Assembly: GCA_016283155.1 (NCBI GenBank)
Contig: JAEEMI010000019.1
Span: 64,093-128,092, forward strand
Source: Clostridia bacterium
GTDB lineage: Bacteria > Bacillota > Clostridia > Christensenellales > UBA1242
Length of the DNA: 64,000 nucleotides
Reading direction: 5' to 3'
Shown here: piece by piece, positions 43,705 to 52,921 of the stretch
Layout of the letters: each line of letters opens with the position of its first letter
Numbering within the stretch: the stretch's first letter is position 1
Notes under the pieces: generated by a model
What the model was told of the DNA's origin: nothing
Database searches by the model: none
The model's input: only the letters and a program-made list of their open reading frames with translations
Made by a program: the position numbers and the translations under genes

Positions 43705-44382
43705 TTACTCCTTCCTAAACAACAAAATCAAGTAATTTAGACACTTTAAGTGTTTTCTTAACATTTGATAATCTGGGATTACATTACCAACAACATTCCA
43801 AAATGCAGTCGTATGATTAAACTCTAACAAATGACATAATTCGTGAACAACAATATAATCAAGCAAGTTTGGCGGTAAAAAAATAGCACGCCAATTAATT
43901 GCAATATTACCGTGACTATCACAAACACCCCAACGTGTTTTGTTATTATTTGTTGTTACCGCATTAGGACGTAAACGTAGTTTTTGTGCCATATAATAAA
44001 CTCTTTCAACCAAAATCTCAGCAGCTACTTTACGGTACCATTTATCTATCTTACTTAAAATTTTATCACTGGAAATTTTTGCAGGAATTAATAATTTATT
44101 ATCACTAATCATTATTTCTTTTACATCGTTTGAAATCAGCGGTGTTAATTCTTTACCTAAAAATAAAAAGATTGTGTAATTAACAACATTAGGATTAATA
44201 TACGAATTATTGCGAATTGCATTTTGTTTTTTTATAATCCAAGCTTCTTTCTCCTTAACAAAAGCAAAAATTTTATTTTCGGGATAATGATAAGGCGCAC
44301 GAACAATCAATTCGCCTTTTGCATTAACCATCAACGATAAAGTACGTTTATTTGTACGAATAATATTACGTGGATCAAGCAT
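43705..44382 (-). CDS. YgjP/DUF45 (SprT-like, M48-related) zinc metallohydrolase
   Basis: WGVCDSHGNIAINWRAIFLPPNLLDYIVVHELCHLLEFNHTTAFW (HExxH...H). Confidence 0.8.
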   Translation of the reverse strand: MLDPRNIIRTNKRTLSLMVNAKGELIVRAPYHYPENKIFAFVKEKEAWIIKKQNAIRNNSYINPNVVNYTIFLFLGKELTPLISNDVKEIMISDNKLLIPAKISSDKILSKIDKWYRKVAAEILVERVYYMAQKLRLRPNAVTTNNNKTRWGVCDSHGNIAINWRAIFLPPNLLDYIVVHELCHLLEFNHTTAFWNVVGNVIPDYQMLRKHLKCLNYLILLFRKE

Positions 44383-44449
44383 CTCGAAAAATGATACCGC
44401 AACCCAGTTTAACTTGACAAGGAGATAATTTCGACATTAAAATTATATT

Positions 44450-45481
44450 GTGGCACGCGGTAAGATGACAGAAATTACCATTTTAAATTTGCTCAACACA
44501 CGCCCAATGTATGGCGCGGAAATGATTGATGAAATCAAACGTTTATCGGGCAATACTGTTATAATGTCTTTACCAACCTTATATTCATCATTGCACCGAA
44601 TGGCTACTAAAGAATACGTACGCAGTTATCAAAAAGAATCTGCTATCGGCGGTCGTTGCCGAGTCTATAATATAACAAGTTTAGGTCGTGAATATTTAGC
44701 TAAAAATCCAATTAAAATTGATTATAAAAAGATTGTTGATAATTCTGTTACTGCTCATAAAACTTTCACTTCATTAGAAGAAGCATATTCCTTACCATTA
44801 AGTAAGAATTCAAATACAAACCCATTACCTGAAGATAAACGCAGGTTACAAATTACCCCAACAATTGATTCAACAACTTTATTTACTACTACCCCGAAAA
44901 TTGAAACACAACCAGAGGTTAAAACAGAATCTAAAACTGAAACAAAATCTTCACCTTATGCACCCTATATTGCACCTAATGAAAAAATCACAGCTACACC
45001 AGAACCACAATATCAACAAACAACTATTGGATTATCAGGAACTTTGGGCGGCAATGATTTACGCCCACTTCTAAATTTAAATAACATTTCAGTTGGCAAT
45101 GATTATGTTTTAATTAATCGTTTACGAATTGTATCAGTAACATTAACAACCATTATCTTTTTATTTATTAATTTATTCTGTTCGTTAACTCATACAGTAT
45201 GTCAAGAATATTACAGTTTGGTTTATATTGCTTTAATGGTTTATGCCCTAATATGGCTAGCCATATACTTTGTATACCCACGTATTAAAACGGTATTTAA
45301 AATTAAAACCAATGGTATTCGTCAAACCATTATTACAGTAGTTTTAATGGCCATTATTATTACTTGTAGTATTATTGCAAGTACAACACAATTTATTTGG
45401 TTATTAATTTTTGCAACACTACCTTTAGTCGAATTCATTCTAATGGTTATCTTACGTAAAAGGAGTTGGTTTGTATGTTAA
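44450..45481 (+). CDS. PadR-family winged-helix regulator fused to a Thr/Pro/Glu-rich linker and four C-terminal TM segments
   Basis: ILNLLNTRPMYGAEMIDEIKRLSG...LPTLYSSLHRMATKEYV...RVYNITSLGREYL, followed by 4 hydrophobic helices. The start is either the GTG at 44450 or the ATG at 44465. Confidence 0.75.
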   Translation: MARGKMTEITILNLLNTRPMYGAEMIDEIKRLSGNTVIMSLPTLYSSLHRMATKEYVRSYQKESAIGGRCRVYNITSLGREYLAKNPIKIDYKKIVDNSVTAHKTFTSLEEAYSLPLSKNSNTNPLPEDKRRLQITPTIDSTTLFTTTPKIETQPEVKTESKTETKSSPYAPYIAPNEKITATPEPQYQQTTIGLSGTLGGNDLRPLLNLNNISVGNDYVLINRLRIVSVTLTTIIFLFINLFCSLTHTVCQEYYSLVYIALMVYALIWLAIYFVYPRIKTVFKIKTNGIRQTIITVVLMAIIITCSIIASTTQFIWLLIFATLPLVEFILMVILRKRSWFVC

Positions 45482-46362
45482 CCATTTCTAATTTAGAGAA
45501 AATTGATTCAAAAAAAACATTGATGTCAGATGTTAATTTAACCTTACACGAAGGCGAAATTTTAGCGCTTGTTGGTGAACACCAAAGTGGTAAAAGTTTA
45601 TTAGCTAAATTAATTTTAACTTTGTCAAAGAAAACCAGCGGTAAAATCAAAGTCCGTGCTAACCAATATCTTGGTGCATTTGTTCCTAATGAACAATTAA
45701 TGTCTAATATTACGGTAGAAATGGCAATAAAAGATTATTGCCAGCTACGTGACTATAGTTACAACAGTAAAAACGTTAAAAACATTTTAGCGATTTTTAA
45801 TTTACGAAAATTGCTTAACCGTAAAATTTCCAAGTTATCAGTCAGTGAACGTGATTTAGTTAAAATCGCAATGCCATTAATCTTAAGAACAGACATTTTA
45901 ATTCTTGATAGTCCATTTAGTAATTTAAATGAACAACAAGCGAAAGATTTACGTGTTTTATTAAGAAAAATTAGTCAAGAGTTGAAAACCTCTATTATGA
46001 TAACAGCTCGAAAAATTTCCGAAGTTGAAGAATTTTGTGATACGATAGCAATCATTGATGATGGCGCAATTATAAGCATCCAAACATACAACGAAATGAT
46101 TGCACGCGAAGTTGACCAAGCGAAACTAGGTGTAACGGTAGCTGAACCTAATTTTGCTGCTAAAGTTGTTGAAGATACTTTTCACGTTCCCGCTCGTTTA
46201 TGTGGCGATCAGATAGTAATTAACTTAAAGCCAGAACGTGTACAAGATGTGGTTAATGCCTTGATTAATGCTCACGTTACGGTCATCAGTGCCCAACGCG
46301 TGCTACGTTCATTGGATTACCAATACTGGGAATTAATTAATAGCCGTAAAAAATATTATTAA
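45475..46362 (+). CDS. ABC-type ATPase with degenerate catalytic motifs, no adjacent permease
   Basis: AAGGAG SD. The ATG overlaps the PadR stop (ATGTTAA). Walker A GEHQSGKS is intact, the signature is LSVSER, Walker B is ILILDSPF (no Glu), and the H-loop position is Arg (ITARK). Confidence 0.8.
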   Translation: MLTISNLEKIDSKKTLMSDVNLTLHEGEILALVGEHQSGKSLLAKLILTLSKKTSGKIKVRANQYLGAFVPNEQLMSNITVEMAIKDYCQLRDYSYNSKNVKNILAIFNLRKLLNRKISKLSVSERDLVKIAMPLILRTDILILDSPFSNLNEQQAKDLRVLLRKISQELKTSIMITARKISEVEEFCDTIAIIDDGAIISIQTYNEMIAREVDQAKLGVTVAEPNFAAKVVEDTFHVPARLCGDQIVINLKPERVQDVVNALINAHVTVISAQRVLRSLDYQYWELINSRKKYY

Positions 46363-47231
46363 TCTTGTAACCATTGGGCTTGATTACGCCATCCTTCGCG
46401 TACAATTACATAAGTATGTAGCACCACGTGTTGCCCCAATAATTTTTCTAACTTTTGACGTGCATTAATTCCAATTGAGTGGATTAATTTTCCTTGCTTA
46501 CCAATAATAATGCGTTTATGATTTGGTTTGTCACAAACAATATCGGCATCAATATTAATGGTTCGATTTTCAGTTTCAAATTTAGTAATCACAACCTTTA
46601 CCCCAGTTGGAACTTCATCACGTAATTGGTTAATAATTGATTCACGAATAGCTTCCGCTGCCATTGTACGCTCACTACTATCAGTATACATTGTATCATC
46701 ATAAATCGGAGTTCCCTCCGGTAAATATTTTTCAAAACAATTAATTAAGGTATCTAAACCAATTTTTTTTACTGAAGAAACTGGAATAAATTCTTTAACA
46801 AATTGGTATTTTTTTAACTGATCCAAAACTTGAAATAATTTTGCTGGCTGAACACTGTCAATTTTTGACACAGCCACTATTACAGGTACACCAAAGTCTT
46901 GGTAATTTGCCAGTTTAGTTAATGCTTTAGGTGAAACATGAGTAACATCCAAAACGAAACAAATCACATCTGCAGATTTTACTGCCCCTGAAATCACACG
47001 GTTCATTTTATGCTCCAATAAATTAGTAGCACGTTGCATACCTGGTGTATCAACAAAAATAATTTGTGATTGTTTAGTGTTTAATATGCCACGAATAGCA
47101 TCACGAGTTGTACCAGCCATTGGCGCAGTAATCGTAACCTTACACCCCACTAATGCATTAACCAGAGAACTTTTACCAGCATTTGGTTCGCCCAATAATG
47201 CTACACAGCCACATTTGTAAATTGTGTTCAT
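46359..47231 (-). CDS. era: GTPase Era
   Basis: GEPNAGKSSLVNAL, DTPG, SKID, and a C-terminal KH domain (IIIGKQGKLIHSIG). Confidence 0.93.
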   Translation of the reverse strand: MNTIYKCGCVALLGEPNAGKSSLVNALVGCKVTITAPMAGTTRDAIRGILNTKQSQIIFVDTPGMQRATNLLEHKMNRVISGAVKSADVICFVLDVTHVSPKALTKLANYQDFGVPVIVAVSKIDSVQPAKLFQVLDQLKKYQFVKEFIPVSSVKKIGLDTLINCFEKYLPEGTPIYDDTMYTDSSERTMAAEAIRESIINQLRDEVPTGVKVVITKFETENRTINIDADIVCDKPNHKRIIIGKQGKLIHSIGINARQKLEKLLGQHVVLHTYVIVREGWRNQAQWLQD

Positions 47232-47656
47232 ACGTCAGCCTGGTCTCCATCTGAAATAACTGGCGGAAATAAATAAATTGCGCCTAAACTATCAATAACT
47301 TCATAAGTTTGATCATTTGCAACAATAATTTTAATATCACCATTAAATTCACATAGGTATTGACGAGTGGTTGCATTAGGATAAACTAAACGATCTTTGG
47401 AATAAAAACACATCGCTAACATTTGGTTATACCCCTCACTAATTGCTTTAGCAATTGCAGTATCACCGGCACCAAACGAAGGTGCAGCATAATCACCTGT
47501 TTCAATATTACAACCACCTAAAATGATATTATCACTACATAAAAGTGCAGCACCGACTGCGACACCTGAATATGGGCAATAAGCATTATCAGCATATGAT
47601 TTGGCCGTATCAATTAAACGTGCAATGATTTCTTTACTTAACATAAAATCCATCAA
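47228..47656 (-). CDS. cytidine deaminase-fold protein lacking Zn ligands and catalytic Glu
   Basis: Collinear with Cdd (AYCPYSGVAVGAALL, GGCNIE, AKAISEG), but AGD replaces CAE and PNATTRQ replaces PCGACRQ. It keeps the ybeY-cdd-era position. Confidence 0.7.
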   Translation of the reverse strand: MMDFMLSKEIIARLIDTAKSYADNAYCPYSGVAVGAALLCSDNIILGGCNIETGDYAAPSFGAGDTAIAKAISEGYNQMLAMCFYSKDRLVYPNATTRQYLCEFNGDIKIIVANDQTYEVIDSLGAIYLFPPVISDGDQADV

Positions 47657-48030
47657 GATAATAATGCCATAATTTTGCGTTGTAGTCCAAACATTTTTGC
47701 TTCATCATCTGGGTCAATGTGATCATAACCAAATAGATGCAATGTACCGTGGACTTGTAAAAAAATAATTTCTCGTGCCAAACTATGTCCAAGTGCTTTT
47801 GCCTGTTGTCGTGCAACCGAACGACAAATCAATACATCGCCCATAAAGCGTCGATTAGTCTCAGGGTTAATATCACCATCAGGAAAAGAAAGCACATCAG
47901 TTACTTTATCAACCTGACGAAACTTTTGATTCAATCGATGAATTTGACGCGGACTAACAAAAGCATAATTAACTTCAACAGTTTTTGGGTCAACAGATAA
48001 TATTTGACAAACAGCATTTAAAACTTCCAT
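47653..48030 (-). CDS. ybeY: rRNA maturation endoribonuclease YbeY
   Basis: HGTLHLFGYDH zinc motif. Length 125 aa. Confidence 0.92.
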   Translation of the reverse strand: MEVLNAVCQILSVDPKTVEVNYAFVSPRQIHRLNQKFRQVDKVTDVLSFPDGDINPETNRRFMGDVLICRSVARQQAKALGHSLAREIIFLQVHGTLHLFGYDHIDPDDEAKMFGLQRKIMALLS

Positions 48031-48048
48031 AGAGTATTATATTGTAAC

Positions 48049-48786
48049 CTAAATTATCCAAATTACCAACCGACTAATTTGCCCTCCATTCTCAAATGCA
48101 ACCTCGCCAGTAGCAACCACACTATCAGGATAAGCATCAGCGACCAATAAATCTCCTCTTTTTACAACATCACCTACTGTAACCAAAGCTGTACCACTAT
48201 ACGCTGTAATTTCCTTAATTACTGCATCATATTGCGCATAAAAATTAGTTTTCTGTTTGATTGAATGGTTATTTGCAGCAACTAAATTTACCACCAAAGT
48301 ATTACCAGCAATTTTAACGTGTGCGTGAGCAATGTTATTAAAGTTATCAACTAATTCTGTTGCTAAATCAAAGTTTTGTAATTTGTTTTTCCACATAAAC
48401 TTTTTCACACCTAGTTGAGTTAAATATTCATAGATTGCTGGAACCAGATTATTATCGTCACATTGTACACGTACAGTATAAATTTTCATATCCGCAATTA
48501 GAAGCACCATAACAGCGACAATAATAGAAGTTACTAAAACTAAATGATTCAATAAAAAATTCACACCACGAAATATATTAAAATTTTCTGTTACCTGACA
48601 TTCAAAATTATTTACCATCTTTTTTACGGCGAAATAATGAACTAATGGTATATAAAAAGTGATAATATCGTTATCAATTCTAATATGCGAAATACGATAA
48701 ATACGCAGTTTATTCAGGTAAAATATTGGCAATCCTTGCACACGAAATTTGACCCGACCTATCAGAAAATTTTTAACGTGCGACAT
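48049..48786 (-). CDS. yqfD: sporulation protein YqfD (short form)
   Basis: Sits downstream of yqfC, with a central TM segment and collinear YqfD N-terminal and middle regions. It is 245 aa, compared with about 400 aa in Bacillus. Confidence 0.65.
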   Translation of the reverse strand: MSHVKNFLIGRVKFRVQGLPIFYLNKLRIYRISHIRIDNDIITFYIPLVHYFAVKKMVNNFECQVTENFNIFRGVNFLLNHLVLVTSIIVAVMVLLIADMKIYTVRVQCDDNNLVPAIYEYLTQLGVKKFMWKNKLQNFDLATELVDNFNNIAHAHVKIAGNTLVVNLVAANNHSIKQKTNFYAQYDAVIKEITAYSGTALVTVGDVVKRGDLLVADAYPDSVVATGEVAFENGGQISRLVIWII

Positions 48787-48988
48787 TTGTCAGTACTCCA
48801 TTAATTTTACCGACAATTGTAATTTCATTTTCGTCAAAACGACCAATAACTAAATTTTTACCAACAACTTCAATTAATCCATTTTTAACACGCACAACAA
48901 TTTTATCCACCGCAAAATCCATTAACGAAACAACACCACCAATTACAACCTCATAATCTTGCTTCTGATGCACAAAAAAATCTTTCAC
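48773..48988 (-). CDS. yqfC: sporulation protein YqfC
   Basis: Small beta-rich protein with the VVGKNLVIGRFDENEITIVGKI pattern, located upstream of yqfD. Confidence 0.7.
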   Translation of the reverse strand: MKDFFVHQKQDYEVVIGGVVSLMDFAVDKIVVRVKNGLIEVVGKNLVIGRFDENEITIVGKINGVLTNVAR

Positions 48989-48994
48989 ATCTAT

Positions 48995-49477
48995 TTATAA
49001 TGGTTTTTTATCTTTAATATTACTTAAAGCCATAAATTTTTTATAATCTTCACGAGAGAATGTTAATGGTTCGTTGTCATCATCTTCTATCGGCTCATCA
49101 TCAACTTTACCAAAATCAAAACTACGATATTTTTTTTCTCGAATATATTTGCTAATATTACTTTCGCGATTCTTACGGTTTTCAATTTGTAAACGTGATG
49201 ATTCATTATTACTTGATTGTTTTAGCATTGCATTTAAATCATCAGCTAATTCACTATTATAAATTTTCATTGTCGGACGCGATTTTATTTCGCTTATTTG
49301 TTCATTAGACGTTTTTTCACTAACGATAGGTTTTGATTCTGTTTTTTTCTCATCTGCTTTTTTTGTTGCGCCACTTTTTTTGAAAATGCGGTCAACAACA
49401 GCAAAAAGTAATACAACAACGCCAAGGGCAATCAGTAAAATTATAATGAGAGTAACAGAATTATCATTAGCGAACAT
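48995..49477 (-). CDS. hypothetical membrane-anchored charged protein (160 aa)
   Basis: N-terminal TM segment followed by a Lys/Glu/Asp-rich region. It sits in the yqfB position. Confidence 0.5.
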   Translation of the reverse strand: MFANDNSVTLIIILLIALGVVVLLFAVVDRIFKKSGATKKADEKKTESKPIVSEKTSNEQISEIKSRPTMKIYNSELADDLNAMLKQSSNNESSRLQIENRKNRESNISKYIREKKYRSFDFGKVDDEPIEDDDNEPLTFSREDYKKFMALSNIKDKKPL

Positions 49478-49488
49478 AATGCCCTCCT

Positions 49489-50508
49489 TTATTGTAATTT
49501 AGTTTTCTTTTTAGGTGGATTTAATGATGGCGTTAACATATCAGAATTAGCACTGCCACTTAAAGCCTTACGCATTAAAGTATCACTTTGCATATTTTCC
49601 ATTTGCATATACTCTTTGACATTAATATTACCATATTTTAAAGCGCCAGCAAGTGCCTTAGGAACTTCGGATTCTGCAGCAACAACACGTGCACGCATTT
49701 CTTGGGTTAAAGCACGCATTTCTTGTTCCGCAGCGACAGCTTCGGCACGACGTTTTTCAGCATCTGCTTGACTGATATATTTAACTGCTTCTGCTTTATC
49801 AATTTCCAATTCAGCACCAATATTACGACCAACTTTCATATCAACAACGTCCAAAGACAGTACGTCAAAAGCCGTATCAGCTGCTAAATCTTTATTAGCC
49901 ATAATTGTTTTTGTAATAATATTGGGACCTTCCAATATTTCATTATGTGTTTTGGCATTACCAATTACAGTCATAATGCCTTCACTGATACGGGCAATAA
50001 TAGTTTCTTCCAAAGCACCACCAATAATCCGTTTTAAATTCACACGCACGGTAACTTTAACACTAACTGACACCTCAATACCATTTTTTGCCATTGCTGT
50101 AATATTATTAATTTGAATAATTTGTGGCATAATACGATGCTTTACAGCATCATTAATATCTCGACCGGACAAATCAACCGCAATTGCAGTTTTCAAATCA
50201 AGTTCTTCCAAATTTGCACTTTGTGCTGCAATCAATGCATTAATAACTAGTTCAATATTACCGTGTGCCTGTAAGTGGTTTTCAATTTGTGCGATGGTAA
50301 TATCAACACCTGCTTTTTTTGCTTTAATATAATTATTAACAATACTACGAGCATCAAGTTTCTTAACTGTCATTGAAATTAGTTCGGCAATTGAAACGTG
50401 TGCACCGGAAAACAAGGCACGAATCCACAAAACCATATTAAAGAACGAACAAAAGGTGATAATTGCAATTACAACCACCAAAACAATAATCCAAGGTATG
50501 AAATTCAT
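49489..50508 (-). CDS. floA: flotillin-like protein FloA (YqfA, UPF0365)
   Basis: MNFIPWIIVLVV..., WIRALFSGAHVSIAELI, an SPFH-like core, and an EA-rich C-terminal repeat. The ATG at 50508 avoids overlap with sigE. Confidence 0.85.
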   Translation of the reverse strand: MNFIPWIIVLVVVIAIITFCSFFNMVLWIRALFSGAHVSIAELISMTVKKLDARSIVNNYIKAKKAGVDITIAQIENHLQAHGNIELVINALIAAQSANLEELDLKTAIAVDLSGRDINDAVKHRIMPQIIQINNITAMAKNGIEVSVSVKVTVRVNLKRIIGGALEETIIARISEGIMTVIGNAKTHNEILEGPNIITKTIMANKDLAADTAFDVLSLDVVDMKVGRNIGAELEIDKAEAVKYISQADAEKRRAEAVAAEQEMRALTQEMRARVVAAESEVPKALAGALKYGNINVKEYMQMENMQSDTLMRKALSGSANSDMLTPSLNPPKKKTKLQ

Positions 50509-50545
50509 CACATTATGATAGCATAAAAACTTCTCATTGTCTAGA

Positions 50546-51271
50546 TTAGTTATCAATTTTGTTAAATTCTTTTTTTAAACGATTTAAAATCTTTTTTTCT
50601 AATCGCGAAATATACGACTGTGAAATTTCCAGCATATTAGCTACTTCTTTTTGTGTACGTTCTTTACCTCCTCCTAAGCCAAATCTTAATTGCATAATTT
50701 CTTGCTCGCGAATTGATAATTTATCAACTGCCAGCCACAACAAGTTTTTTTCAACTTTCATATCAAGTTCTTCATCAACATTATTTTCCGTGGTACAAAT
50801 TACATCACCCAATCGAATTTCCGTACCATCACTATCAGCATTAATCGCTTCGTCCATTGATACATCGCTACGCGTCTTTTGTACTTTACGTAAATACATT
50901 AAAATTTCATTTTCAATGCACCGACTGCTGTAAGTAGCCAATTTAATGTTTTTATCATATTTGAAACTATTAACTGCCTTAATTAAGCCAATCGAACCAA
51001 TACTAATTAAATCTTCAATATCAATGCCAGTATTTTCAAATTTTTTAGCGATATAAACAACTAAACGCAAATTGTGTGAAATCAACTTTTGTCGTGTTTC
51101 TGGTTTTCCTTGGTCTAATTCTTGTAATAAAATTTCTTCTTCAGCTTTTGGCAACGGTCGCTCAAGTGCTTCCGTTCCATTAACAAAGAAAATACCTGCA
51201 TTTGTCCAATCATCATTTTCTGTCCAGTTAATTTGTTTAAATAATGCTATTGCTTTCGTAATTAAGTTCAT
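50546..51271 (-). CDS. sigE: sporulation sigma factor SigE (pro-sigma-E)
   Basis: [12 protein letters not shown] after an N-terminal pro-sequence. [34 protein letters not shown] and [18 protein letters not shown]. Lies directly downstream of spoIIGA. Confidence 0.88.
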   Translation of the reverse strand: MNLITKAIALFKQINWTENDDWTNAGIFFVNGTEALERPLPKAEEEILLQELDQGKPETRQKLISHNLRLVVYIAKKFENTGIDIEDLISIGSIGLIKAVNSFKYDKNIKLATYSSRCIENEILMYLRKVQKTRSDVSMDEAINADSDGTEIRLGDVICTTENNVDEELDMKVEKNLLWLAVDKLSIREQEIMQLRFGLGGGKERTQKEVANMLEISQSYISRLEKKILNRLKKEFNKIDN

Positions 51272-51786
51272 ATGATTCCTCCTAATTTAGTATTTAAAAT
51301 CGCATCATATTTTTGATTACTAAAATTTTGCGTACTTACGCCCAACATACTTTGTACTGTTGTTCCGTTAATTTGAATTTTATCAGGTGGAAAAACAAAC
51401 AACTGACTTTTACCATTAACAGTTTGACAATTGATATAATGACCGTCTGTCACACATTTTTCTAATTCGTTTAATAAAATTTTATCTGCAGAGATTTTAG
51501 GAAACATTCTTAAAAAAACTGCCAAAGAAATTATTGAAACTGGTGTTTTTGAAATTGGATCAACTAAAGCATTACCCGAATCTAATAAAGCATTTATACG
51601 ATAAGATTTACCACCATATTCAATTAGTGTTCGATGAAATAATTTTTGTCGCCGATGCCAAAACAATAATTTTTGCAAAATTATATAAAACAACAAAACC
51701 ACAATAACAAGCAAGTATCTATTGGTAAAAGCATACATTGCCGAACCGAAAGCAAACGCAAATGTAATAATTGCTGCCATATGCAT
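51268..51786 (-). CDS. spoIIGA: sigma-E processing aspartic peptidase SpoIIGA (minimal form)
   Basis: [17 protein letters not shown] (DSGN motif). Has a 4-nt ATGA overlap with sigE. Only about 2 N-terminal TM segments in 172 aa. Confidence 0.75.
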   Translation of the reverse strand: MHMAAIITFAFAFGSAMYAFTNRYLLVIVVLLFYIILQKLLFWHRRQKLFHRTLIEYGGKSYRINALLDSGNALVDPISKTPVSIISLAVFLRMFPKISADKILLNELEKCVTDGHYINCQTVNGKSQLFVFPPDKIQINGTTVQSMLGVSTQNFSNQKYDAILNTKLGGII

Positions 51787-51901
51787 TATGATAAATATGT
51801 TTACAGTAGCGAATTTATGCTAATCAAATCATTTTATGTAAGAAGATGACGAAGCAAAAAAGTAATGGAAAAAATTTCAATTTTGTGTTAAATAATAAGT
51901 G

Positions 51902-52870
51902 ATGAAATATGTTACCGAACGCGATATTTATAATACTGAACAGTTGAATCGTGTCTTGGAAAATTTACCACCTTTTTGTAATGCATTCTTTTTAGGCATA
52001 GAACAAAACACATCACCATTAACACGTTTAGGTTACGCACGCGATTTAGAAATTTTTTTTAATTTTCTAATCACAGAAACAGAAAAATTTCATTCTTATC
52101 ATATAATTGACTTTGACAAATCTGATTTAAATCAAATTACAATTGACGATTTAGAACTTTATATGTCTTTTTTAGGTCATTATAAAAAATGCGACCGTGA
52201 TTACCTAAATGGTGAGCGCGGGAAAATGCGAAAAATGGCTGCCCTACGTTCATTTTTTAAATACTTTTATCGACGCGGCGATTTACAAGAAAATATTATG
52301 ACTAAAATTGATTTACCCAAAATTCACGAAAAAAGCATTATTCGTTTATCCGATGATGAAGTTGCTAAAATGATTAGTGAAGCTGCAAAAAATCCACGCG
52401 ATGAAATGATTATCAGTCTATTTTTACTTTCGGGCGTTCGTGTTAGCGAATTGGTAGGTTTAGATTATCAAGATATTGATTTAGTTAATAAAACATTCTT
52501 AATCACTCGTAAAGGTGGTAAACAATCTATCTTGCATATGGGACAACAATTACACGACAAATTTGTAGTTTATTTTGCCAATGGAGAATGGACACCAACC
52601 ACTCCGCTATTTACGAAATGTGGACATCGTCTATCGGTACGTGCTATTGAAAACATTGTAAAAAAATATGCTACGATTGCGGCACCTTTAAAAAAGATTA
52701 GTCCTCATAAATTGCGTTCAACATACGGAACTAATCTTTATAAAGCAACAAATGATATTTATGTAGTTGCCGATGTACTTGGACATAAAGACATAAATAC
52801 AACAAAAAAACATTATGCTGCCATCAGCGATGATATTCGCATCAAAGCCGCTGATATGGTTAAGTTATAA
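51902..52870 (+). CDS. tyrosine site-specific recombinase (XerC/XerD-like)
   Basis: N-terminal SAM-like domain. Catalytic residues in GVRVSEL, HKLRSTYGTNLY and LGHKDINTTKKHY. Confidence 0.85.
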   Translation: MKYVTERDIYNTEQLNRVLENLPPFCNAFFLGIEQNTSPLTRLGYARDLEIFFNFLITETEKFHSYHIIDFDKSDLNQITIDDLELYMSFLGHYKKCDRDYLNGERGKMRKMAALRSFFKYFYRRGDLQENIMTKIDLPKIHEKSIIRLSDDEVAKMISEAAKNPRDEMIISLFLLSGVRVSELVGLDYQDIDLVNKTFLITRKGGKQSILHMGQQLHDKFVVYFANGEWTPTTPLFTKCGHRLSVRAIENIVKKYATIAAPLKKISPHKLRSTYGTNLYKATNDIYVVADVLGHKDINTTKKHYAAISDDIRIKAADMVKL

Positions 52871-52921
52871 GTTCAATAAATTTTTATTGTTACAAAATTT
52901 AATTTATGTTACTTTTCCGGT

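Noticed and set aside
51807-51813. TAGCGAA as a Spo0A box upstream of spoIIGA.
   Set aside because: It is a single 7-mer with a mismatch to TGNCGAA in an AT-rich region, which is too weak to call without more evidence.
51902-52870. The XerC/XerD-like recombinase as the integrase of a prophage or island.
   Set aside because: Its neighbours are housekeeping-type genes (spoIIGA, IMPase, HD hydrolase, queA). Its Arg codons are core-like (CGN), and no flanking direct repeats or phage genes are seen. It is more likely a chromosome-dimer resolvase paralogue.
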